The notes under the pieces are model-generated. The model made no database searches. It worked only from the letters and a program-made list of their open reading frames with translations, and was not told where the DNA came from. Below are positions 1 through 4,976 of a stretch of DNA of 5,101 nt, in pieces (within the stretch, counting starts at the first letter, position 1; each line of letters begins with the position of its first letter). The stretch is taken from IMG/VR virus record IMGVR_UViG_3300014637_000001, positions 1 to 5,101 of that record; one strand, written 5' to 3'. A program made the position numbers and the translations under genes. The DNA is from a virus.

Positions 1-118
1 ATATTATACATTATACGAAGCGGTAAAAATAACTATGTGTAATGTATAGTTTTATTTCGGTTTTCCGAAGATTTCAGGATGTGCAATGTTACTTGCACCA
101 TCCTCATCCAAGACATCA
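1..118. repeat. Direct terminal repeat, copy 1 (identical to 4984..5101); marks circular closure or a tandem junction of a 4,983-bp unit
   Basis: Base-by-base comparison of 1..118 with 4984..5101 shows 118/118 identity (offset 4983). Confidence 0.97.
76..104 (-). other. Imperfect hairpin immediately downstream of the gene V-slot ORF (possible transcript 3' structure or origin element)
   Basis: aggatgtgcaa (76-86) pairs with ttgcac-c-atcct (93-104): 6 bp, a 1-nt bulge, then 5 bp, with a 6-nt loop tgttac. A second mini-hairpin ttcgg-tttt-ccgaa lies at 56-69. No U-tract follows on the minus strand. Confidence 0.4.
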
Positions 119-122
119 ATCA

Positions 123-419
123 TTAAATTACCTTTGGCAACTCAACTTGTTTAACGACATACTTCATAGATTTTCCTGAAGTAACCATTTCAAATGTGAT
201 GTCAGCTTCTAACGGAAATTTATGTTGCTTAAGCAACACTAAATTAGTTCGGTCTTGCCAGTTAAATACTTCACAAGCATTGCCAACAGCATTACCTTGA
301 GATTGATCAAGCGGAACCTCACAGTACAAAGCTACATGATCATAATGACGACCATCGTCAGTTTTAAAATCAACAGCCTTAGCACCTAAGATTTTCACTT
401 TGTTTTTAAATTGCATCAT
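123..419 (-). CDS. 98-aa protein in the gene V position; putative ssDNA-binding protein (assigned by synteny only)
   Basis: ATG at 417-419 lies 2 nt after the Rep stop (TAG, 422-424). GGAGA sits 8 nt upstream. Size and position directly after the initiator match inovirus gene V / rstB-slot proteins. No motif I can recognise with certainty. Confidence 0.55.
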   Translation of the reverse strand: MMQFKNKVKILGAKAVDFKTDDGRHYDHVALYCEVPLDQSQGNAVGNACEVFNWQDRTNLVLLKQHKFPLEADITFEMVTSGKSMKYVVKQVELPKVI

Positions 420-421
420 TG

Positions 422-1579
422 CTACATTCTCCGAGCAGTTATAAGCACATGATCCAACCGCTTCGGATAAGCGAATTGATCAGAGCAAGAAATAATATTG
501 ATTAACTCTTCAGGTTCAAAAACCTGTTTAAAAACATTGATATACTTGCCATATTGGTGTTTAAGATTTTTAATAGCAGTATCAAAGTTAATGCGTGCAA
601 CCTTTTGAATTGTTTCAATTCTTGCAGGTTGAATATCTTCAGATAGAAATGCGAAACATGGATATGAGGCTATAAAATACTCACTTGGAGCCAACAACAT
701 ATCGAACGGTAAAACGCGATCAATTGATTTAAATTCAACTTCAGCACGTTGCCAGTTATCATTCGGATCACCCTCAGCACGACCTTTCTCGTACAAACGA
801 AGCATCTTGCCTGATTCACGTGCACCGACCATTAAAGTGCGTCCTTTACCGTTTGGACGTTTCCAATTGCCTTTATGTTCGATATTCGGCATACGGTTAC
901 CACAGCTAAAACCGCCTAAACCATCTTGCATATTGCCCCAGTCAACATTGATCTTTTTACCTTCAAAATCGTCATGTGCAATATCAACACGAGTTAATTT
1001 AGCTCGTTTGGCCATAGTTACTAAGAAGTTGTAAAGTCTTAATTCCCAACCACTTTTAGCAAAGTTGCAACCACGACCGTTGATCATAATTAAGATGGTA
1101 TTTCGTTGACCGCCAATGCAGACAAATCCGAAATCTTCACCTAGTACATAGCTTTCTTTATAGAAATTAAGACCACCATGACGGCATGCAGTCGTTGAGA
1201 ATCCAAAGATGTGGTGTAACTGGTGGTCCAGTTCTTCTACAGCAGCCGTCCAACGGTGTGTATCGATGATGTATTCGTCTTCATTCCAATACTTGTCACC
1301 TAAAGTCTCAATTCCGATTGTGAAATTTACCCAGTCAATCACGGCAATTTCATTGTCAGCAGGCAAACGGCATTGAACTGGTTTAACACCTGAAGATGTC
1401 ATCACCATATGAGCATATGGAATTGTGTATAACGAATGCTCTTGATACGGGAGATCGGCGTCTTGCAGTTGCGTATCGGATGTCTTTACCCCCATCTTAT
1501 TAATGGGGGTTACAACCATCGCATTTTTCAATCCCCCCGATAAAGCTGTGGGGTTTGGTTGTTTTTTATACTTATCCAT
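422..1579 (-). CDS. Rolling-circle replication initiation protein, Rep_trans (PF02486-like) family, as in CTXphi RstA and many inovirus pII analogues
   Basis: 385-aa ORF with GGGGA 5 nt upstream of the ATG. Motifs typical of the family as I recall it: KLTRVDIAHDDF, GRTLMVGARESGKMLRLYEKGRAEG, WQRAEVEFK. Confidence 0.88.
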   Translation of the reverse strand: MDKYKKQPNPTALSGGLKNAMVVTPINKMGVKTSDTQLQDADLPYQEHSLYTIPYAHMVMTSSGVKPVQCRLPADNEIAVIDWVNFTIGIETLGDKYWNEDEYIIDTHRWTAAVEELDHQLHHIFGFSTTACRHGGLNFYKESYVLGEDFGFVCIGGQRNTILIMINGRGCNFAKSGWELRLYNFLVTMAKRAKLTRVDIAHDDFEGKKINVDWGNMQDGLGGFSCGNRMPNIEHKGNWKRPNGKGRTLMVGARESGKMLRLYEKGRAEGDPNDNWQRAEVEFKSIDRVLPFDMLLAPSEYFIASYPCFAFLSEDIQPARIETIQKVARINFDTAIKNLKHQYGKYINVFKQVFEPEELINIISCSDQFAYPKRLDHVLITARRM

Positions 1580-1745
1580 TGCATTCCCCAGATTTAATAA
1601 TCATGTCGTAAGATTGACGAATAACAATCAATTCACGAAGAACTGGATCCGTAAATGCAACAGAATCGTTGTGCATGAGAGATTCAATTAAATCCATTAA
1701 CTCAGATCGATGTCTAACAATCAGATCCATTTGCTCTTTATCCAT
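1572..1745 (-). CDS. 57-aa hypothetical helical protein (hand-found ORF, absent from the ORF track)
   Basis: My translation: MDKEQMDLIVRHRSELMDLIESLMHNDSVAFTDPVLRELIVIRQSYDMIIKSGECNG. Its ATG (1743-1745) shares one base with the TAA of the upstream 93-aa ORF (TAATG). Its TAA (1572-1574) lies inside ATGGATAA at the start of rep. GGGGA sits 7 nt upstream of the ATG. It fills an otherwise non-coding 165-bp gap. Confidence 0.6.
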   Translation of the reverse strand: MDKEQMDLIVRHRSELMDLIESLMHNDSVAFTDPVLRELIVIRQSYDMIIKSGECNG

Positions 1746-2026
1746 TAGCAAATCCCCATAGAGCGAAAATTGTCATTCTCAGCTTTCAACATGTCGTAGT
1801 ACTCCGCTACTTTGGCAGACTTATAGCCCCACTCCACCATGCACATTTCTATGTGACGTAGAACAAGCTCCGACTCGTAAGCAGGATTTCCCCCAACAAC
1901 TAACGTGCAGGCTCTATCGAAAATGATCTTAGCCACGATCTCGAATGCTTGTTCTTTATCCATATATGATTTATCACAAATGATATTTTGTGTTTTTATA
2001 ACATCTAATTTGTGATTTAGCAACAT
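1745..2026 (-). CDS. Hypothetical small protein (93 aa maximal; possibly 72 aa from the internal ATG at 1961-1963)
   Basis: First ORF downstream of the divergent promoter region. Neither candidate start has an SD. A sigma70-like promoter (TTGCTA-17 nt-TATAAA on the minus strand, plus coordinates 2018-2023 and 1995-2000) overlaps the upstream ATG, which favours the MDKEQ start. Confidence 0.6.
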   Translation of the reverse strand: MLLNHKLDVIKTQNIICDKSYMDKEQAFEIVAKIIFDRACTLVVGGNPAYESELVLRHIEMCMVEWGYKSAKVAEYYDMLKAENDNFRSMGIC

Positions 2027-2036
2027 ATCATAAAAT
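1973..2036. promoter_or_regulatory. Divergent promoter/operator region between the replication operon (-) and the RHH regulator gene (+)
   Basis: Minus strand: TTGCTA (2023-2018), 17 nt, TATAAA (2000-1995). Plus strand: TTGTGA (2010-2015), 15 nt, TAAAAT (2031-2036). The TTTGTG(AT) motif occurs three times: ATCACAAA at 1973-1980 (inverted), TTTGTG at 1987-1992 and TTTGTGAT at 2009-2016. The first two form the palindrome cacaaa-N6-tttgtg. Confidence 0.45.
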
Positions 2037-2077
2037 ATAAATCAGATATGATGTGTCACCTTTTAGGAGTAAGACAA

Positions 2078-2272
2078 ATGGCAGTTACAGTTAGACTTAG
2101 AGACGAAGAAGAAGATATGGTCAAAGAAACGACCTTAGAAATGATGTTCGAAACAAAAATCCGAATTAAAGAATCGGATGTACTTCACACTTTAATAAGA
2201 AAGTATTTAAAAGACATCAAAACTGAAGATGTGATGAAGTACCGAGCGGAAGTACTTAAAAAAGACGATTAA
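2078..2272 (+). CDS. 64-aa ribbon-helix-helix (CopG/Arc-like) transcriptional regulator; candidate phage repressor (functional analogue of rstR)
   Basis: AGGAG (2065-2069) sits 8 nt upstream of the ATG at 2078. The N-terminus MAVTVRLRDEEE fits an RHH beta-strand, followed by two helices (DMVKETTLEMMFE; SDVLHTLIRKYLKD). It is the only + strand gene and is divergent from the rep operon. The track start at 2048 lacks an SD. Confidence 0.6.
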   Translation: MAVTVRLRDEEEDMVKETTLEMMFETKIRIKESDVLHTLIRKYLKDIKTEDVMKYRAEVLKKDD

Positions 2273-2319
2273 TTGTTTATATTGATCCAGAGTACTAACT
2301 GCCCCCTGCTCTAGCCTTC

Positions 2320-2418
2320 AGATCGCATAATGCCGACTATGTAAAAAAACGCCGATTTGCCCACAGGAATGGTTGCAAATCGGCTATGTTACATAATCTG
2401 GCATACATTATGCGAACT
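2320..2418. other. ~99-nt imperfect hairpin built from two inverted dif-like half-sites; candidate folded ssDNA attP (CTXphi-like), alternatively a packaging signal
   Basis: Plus strand 2320-2347: AGATCGCATAA-TGCCGA-CTATGTAAAAA. Minus strand 2418-2386: AGTTCGCATAA-TGTATGCCAGA-TTATGTAACAT. The arms pair 2320-2330/2408-2418 (10 of 11) and 2338-2344/2389-2395 (7 of 7). The central part pairs with 4-nt and 1-nt bulges. The inner stem is 2351-2360/2375-2384 (10 bp). Confidence 0.5.
2343..2384 (-). terminator. Rho-independent terminator for the 73-aa gene (minus strand); may also stop the convergent RHH transcript
   Basis: Perfect 10-bp stem gccgatttgc/gcaaatcggc with a 14-nt loop. On the minus strand it is followed by g + T7 (A7 at 2343-2349 on plus). 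It lies 43 nt downstream of the 73-aa ORF stop. Confidence 0.6.
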
Positions 2419-2426
2419 TTCAGTCA

Positions 2427-2648
2427 TTAATTTTTAGGCAAAGAATTATCTGCAAAGGTGGTTACTTGCTCTAAAATATCAAACGCTTTATTAATACTTT
2501 CTTTATCAGTTAAGTAACCACATTTCACTAAAACATCAACTGCACCAGATAACTCGTTTAGATTTCTTAAACAATCCAAAGGTAATAAAGAAGTATCTAT
2601 CACTTGGCTTGCTTTTTCTTCCAAATATTCAAAAACTTGTTTTGTCAT
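2427..2648 (-). CDS. 73-aa acidic, soluble hypothetical protein
   Basis: ATG at 2646-2648 with GGGGGA 3-4 nt upstream. It has its own upstream TATAAT (2700-2695 on minus) and downstream terminator. There is no hydrophobic segment, so it is not a pVI analogue. Confidence 0.65.
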   Translation of the reverse strand: MTKQVFEYLEEKASQVIDTSLLPLDCLRNLNELSGAVDVLVKCGYLTDKESINKAFDILEQVTTFADNSLPKN

Positions 2649-2662
2649 ATATCCCCCGTCAA

Positions 2663-2748
2663 AGTGTCTAGACTACGCCTTGAGACACTCAAAAATTATA
2701 CAAGATTTAATTGTTTACTCGATGTGTCTCAATTCCCCTGAAGACACT
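2663..2748. promoter_or_regulatory. Two copies of an inverted-repeat unit GTGTCT-N12/13-AGACAC in the pIII-like/orf73 intergenic region; candidate operators flanking a TATAAT -10
   Basis: agtgtct 2663-2669 pairs with agacact 2683-2689. gtgtct 2724-2729 pairs with agacac 2742-2747. Unit centres are ~60 bp apart. A minus-strand TATAAT at 2700-2695 lies between the two units. Confidence 0.4.
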
Positions 2749-2864
2749 TCTCTGTTAATTCTACGTCACACCGAAGAGCCGGTTTTTGTAATCAAAGAGG
2801 AAGATTTTCAAGTCTTTACAAATCCCAATTTGGATCGCGTTCAAGCCCCCTTTGTATATAATTT

Positions 2865-4283
2865 TCAGCGTATTGAATTGGTTGCTGACGTGGTTGTGTC
2901 TGCTCCAGCTAGAACCGCAGGCTTAAAGAAAATAAGAGCATTACAAACAGGTTGATAAGGTAATTCAATCGTATAACTTTGCCCCATCACCGTAAATTGA
3001 ACAGAATCCTTAGGACAATCATTTGAGCCTGTAAGAGTGACTTTTTCTGCTGATACATCATCATCATTAATTTCAGCTTCTTCTGGATCAGAATGATCTG
3101 GATCTTCTTTCATCCACTCATCTGTCTTTTTCCAGTCGTCATACCATTCGCACATCTTAAATGCCCATTCACAGAAGACAGGAAATTCAATAGAAATAGA
3201 CTGGCCACCAGTAGGATTACCATCAGCATCTTTTATTGGTTCTGATTTACCATCAGCAGTACCGCCATCATCTTTCCAAGAGCGGTCATTTACGTTAGGT
3301 TGTGATGAAGTTGGAGGATTTGAATAACGTGGATCACCAAAAGGTGCAGGCTGACCATCTGGAGTTAATGGAGCATTTTTAATTTTATCATCCATTTCCT
3401 TAGCAAGATCATCGCCAATACCCGTTGGATCATGCTTATATGCGTCTGCAACAGATTCATTCATTAAACCAGTGTTAACACGTGCATCAAGTGTTGGATC
3501 AACTGGGTCGGTGTAACCTTCACCGAGCATTGCAGCACCCAACAATTCAGGCGTTAAAGGTATCTTTTCTTTAGCAGCGTTAGGGTCAAAATCAGGATTT
3601 TTATATTGCAGAATTGCTGAAGAACCAGTAGTCGTAGTAGTAGCACCATTTTTCCAAGTGAATTTACAAGTTAAAGGTCTTTCAGTTGAAGAGCTATAAG
3701 TATAGTTACGGCCAGGTAAGACTTTATTTAAATACTGCATTTCGAGCATACAAGAATCTCGCGCAGTACATGAAGATGTATTAGCTTGTCCACCATTCTG
3801 AGCATAAACAAGGAATTCACATTCTTTATTAACACGCTTGTATTTAACGTATCCACCCTCAGTCATCACCCAACCAATGCCCTCGATTAGTTGCTGTACA
3901 GCATAAACACCAAGCAATTGCACACCCGGATTTCTTGCATAAAAAGCTACACGTTGAAGCATTGTTGCGCCGACTTTGCTAGCAGTAGGTACTGTTTCAG
4001 CAATAGCAATTTTAGTAACAGTCCTACTTTTAGCTGTTACAGGATCAGATTCTAGAAATGAACGCGCAGAACGTCCGTAGACACGTTTTGCGTAACCCTC
4101 ACGATTTTGCTGTAATTTAATTTCACGCTGTAGCCACCAGTCACCGTCATCAACTGCATTGGCTTCGTTCATTAGAATTATTGGTGAAAGGATAATTGAG
4201 ATGGATAAGTAAAAGCGGATTGTTGTTGAAATTGTTCTTTTTAAAACATTTTTATACCAATATAAATCATCATTAATAGCCAT
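2865..4283 (-). CDS. 472-aa secreted protein in the gene III slot; putative minor coat / host adsorption protein (pIII-like)
   Basis: Signal peptide (KNVLKR..FYLSISIILSPIILMNEANA|VDD). N-terminal domain with 4 Cys, then a long Pro/Asp/Gly/Thr-rich linker. C-terminal Cys/Trp-rich acidic domain (FCEWAFKMCEWYDDWKKTDEW) with a modestly hydrophobic tail (CNALIFFKPAVLAGA). It lies directly downstream of the major coat gene. No Walker A motif. Confidence 0.62.
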   Translation of the reverse strand: MAINDDLYWYKNVLKRTISTTIRFYLSISIILSPIILMNEANAVDDGDWWLQREIKLQQNREGYAKRVYGRSARSFLESDPVTAKSRTVTKIAIAETVPTASKVGATMLQRVAFYARNPGVQLLGVYAVQQLIEGIGWVMTEGGYVKYKRVNKECEFLVYAQNGGQANTSSCTARDSCMLEMQYLNKVLPGRNYTYSSSTERPLTCKFTWKNGATTTTTGSSAILQYKNPDFDPNAAKEKIPLTPELLGAAMLGEGYTDPVDPTLDARVNTGLMNESVADAYKHDPTGIGDDLAKEMDDKIKNAPLTPDGQPAPFGDPRYSNPPTSSQPNVNDRSWKDDGGTADGKSEPIKDADGNPTGGQSISIEFPVFCEWAFKMCEWYDDWKKTDEWMKEDPDHSDPEEAEINDDDVSAEKVTLTGSNDCPKDSVQFTVMGQSYTIELPYQPVCNALIFFKPAVLAGADTTTSATNSIR

Positions 4284-4314
4284 ATGTACGCCCCAATATC
4301 ACCCATGCTTCACC

Positions 4315-4358
4315 CCGTAAACGCGACTGCGAGCCCTCGCGCGTTTACGGTGGCTCGC
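4315..4358. other. GC-rich structured element between the coat and pIII-like genes (two competing stems)
   Basis: An 11-bp perfect stem ccgtaaacgcg (4315-4325) / cgcgtttacgg (4340-4350) with a 14-nt loop. gcgagcc (4329-4335, inside that loop) is complementary to ggctcgc (4352-4358). No U-tract follows on the coding (minus) strand. Confidence 0.5.
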
Positions 4359-4375
4359 ATGTAATACATTGGTTC

Positions 4376-4594
4376 TTAGAATGCAGAACGGATGTATTTA
4401 AATACTTTAATACCTAGCGGAATCAAAATTGCAGCAGCAGCAACAGCAGCCCCCGCAGTTGCAGCACCTGATAACTCACCAGTAATTGAAGTAGTATCTA
4501 CAGCAGCATTAGATGCAGCAGCAGCCCCCGCAGCAGACGCTACTACAGCAGCTTGTTTTAAACGTTGAATCATTGCTTGTTTTTTAGTGTTCAT
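4376..4594 (-). CDS. Inovirus major coat protein precursor (pVIII-like), 72 aa
   Basis: AAGGAG sits 6 nt upstream of the ATG at 4592-4594. Leader MNTKKQAMIQRLKQAAVVASAAGAAAASNA ends in an A-x-A-type cleavage site. The ~42-aa mature part has an acidic N-terminus (AVDTTSITGE), an Ala-rich hydrophobic core and a basic C-terminus (KVFKYIRSAF), which is the classic pVIII layout. The track TTG start at 4615 is unlikely. Confidence 0.88.
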   Translation of the reverse strand: MNTKKQAMIQRLKQAAVVASAAGAAAASNAAVDTTSITGELSGAATAGAAVAAAAILIPLGIKVFKYIRSAF

Positions 4595-4604
4595 GATGAA
4601 CTCC

Positions 4605-4799
4605 TTACTTTTCAAAATTTTGCACCCGTATGACTTTTATGGCCCATACGACTGCGAGACATAACCAAAAAGCGCCCCCAATTTGTGTTGCTTCGGCGTA
4701 GCTCATTGGTGGTAAATAAAGGTCAGCTTGACCCCATGTAAGACAGGTCTGCACCCCATTAGCATCGGATGACGATAATTGCTTACAGACCATATCCAT
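4605..4799 (-). CDS. 64-aa small membrane protein with one C-terminal TM helix; possible minor virion or assembly protein (pVII/pIX slot)
   Basis: ATG at 4797-4799 with GGGGA 9 nt upstream. TM segment IGGAFWLCLAVVWAIKVI. Its stop TAA (4605-4607) overlaps the coat gene SD (agTAAGGAG), implying coupled expression. Confidence 0.6.
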   Translation of the reverse strand: MDMVCKQLSSSDANGVQTCLTWGQADLYLPPMSYAEATQIGGAFWLCLAVVWAIKVIRVQNFEK

Positions 4800-4819
4800 T
4801 TCTTAAAATCCCCAATAAA

Positions 4820-4855
4820 TTGCTGGCTTGCGTTCCCGCCCCCAAAAGCCAGCAA
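4820..4855 (-). terminator. Stem-loop just upstream of the structural module (terminator/attenuator-like, or a DNA-level element)
   Basis: A 10-bp stem ttgctggctt (4820-4829) / aagccagcaa (4846-4855) with a G/C-rich 16-nt loop. On the minus strand it is followed by TTTATT and then the GGGGA SD of the 64-aa ORF. Confidence 0.4.
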
Positions 4856-4860
4856 ATCTG

Positions 4861-4950
4861 TTATTTACACTTATAAAAATGGATGCAGTAACTTGAATGT
4901 TTTGTAAACCCTGCACCGCACTTCTTGCATTTATAAACGTATTCTGTCAT
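4861..4950 (-). CDS. Possible 29-aa mini-ORF with a C2HC zinc-finger-like pattern (low confidence as a real gene)
   Basis: My translation: MTEYVYKCKKCGAGFTKHSSYCIHFYKCK. It fits Y-x-C-x2-C-x3-F-x5-Y-x2-H-x3-C. The stop lies 5 nt before the 4820-4855 hairpin. No SD upstream (tatttttaatATG). Confidence 0.3.
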   Translation of the reverse strand: MTEYVYKCKKCGAGFTKHSSYCIHFYKCK

Positions 4951-4976
4951 ATTAAAAATACACGCAAGTTATTGAT

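Noticed and set aside
1-118. Terminal repeats as att sites, LTRs or IS ends of an integrated element
   Set aside because: The repeats are direct, perfectly identical, 118 bp long and run to the window edge, with no flanking non-repeated host DNA. XerCD integration would leave only ~28-bp hybrid sites. Circular closure or an assembly overlap is the simpler reading, although a tandem prophage array cannot be excluded.
836-850. GKGRT in Rep that superficially resembles a P-loop
   Set aside because: It lacks the GxxxxGK[ST] spacing (context WKRPNGKGRTL) and sits in the conserved Rep_trans core. It is not evidence for an ATPase that could replace pI.
807-1034. 75-aa + strand ORF inside rep
   Set aside because: It lies entirely antisense to a well-supported Rep_trans gene. 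It has no SD, and its composition (Pro/Leu/Ser-rich) is typical of a shadow frame.
1503-1691. 62-aa + strand ORF overlapping the rep start and ORF57
   Set aside because: It is antisense to two SD-supported, translationally coupled minus-strand ORFs and has no ribosome-binding site. Likely a shadow ORF.
2048-2077. N-terminal extension of the RHH ORF (MMCHLLGVRQ...)
   Set aside because: The AGGAG at 2065-2069 lies inside the extension, at ideal spacing for the ATG at 2078. The upstream ATGs have no SD and would leave no room for a promoter.
2680-2955. 91-aa + strand ORF across the intergenic region and the 3' end of the pIII-like gene
   Set aside because: The track start is a TTG with no SD, and it overlaps the pIII-like CDS by ~90 nt on the opposite strand. 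Its 5' part coincides with the inverted-repeat/promoter region. I cannot fully exclude it without conservation data.
4352-4379. Third dif-like resemblance (GGCTCGCATGT-AATACA-TTGGTTCTTAG)
   Set aside because: Only the GCGCAT-like core of the XerC arm matches (about 7 of 11). The XerD arm is essentially unmatched. The segment is better explained as one arm of the GC-rich stem plus the coat gene stop.
4430-4550. GCAGCAGCAGC / GCAGCC-type short tandem repeats
   Set aside because: They are in-frame alanine codon runs of the coat protein leader and hydrophobic core. They are not a microsatellite, a CRISPR array or iterons.
4595-4615. N-terminal extension of the coat ORF (track start at 4615, MKSKEFI...)
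   Set aside because: That start codon is TTG and the extension contains the AAGGAG SD that serves the ATG at 4592-4594. The shorter 72-aa precursor has a normal signal peptide.
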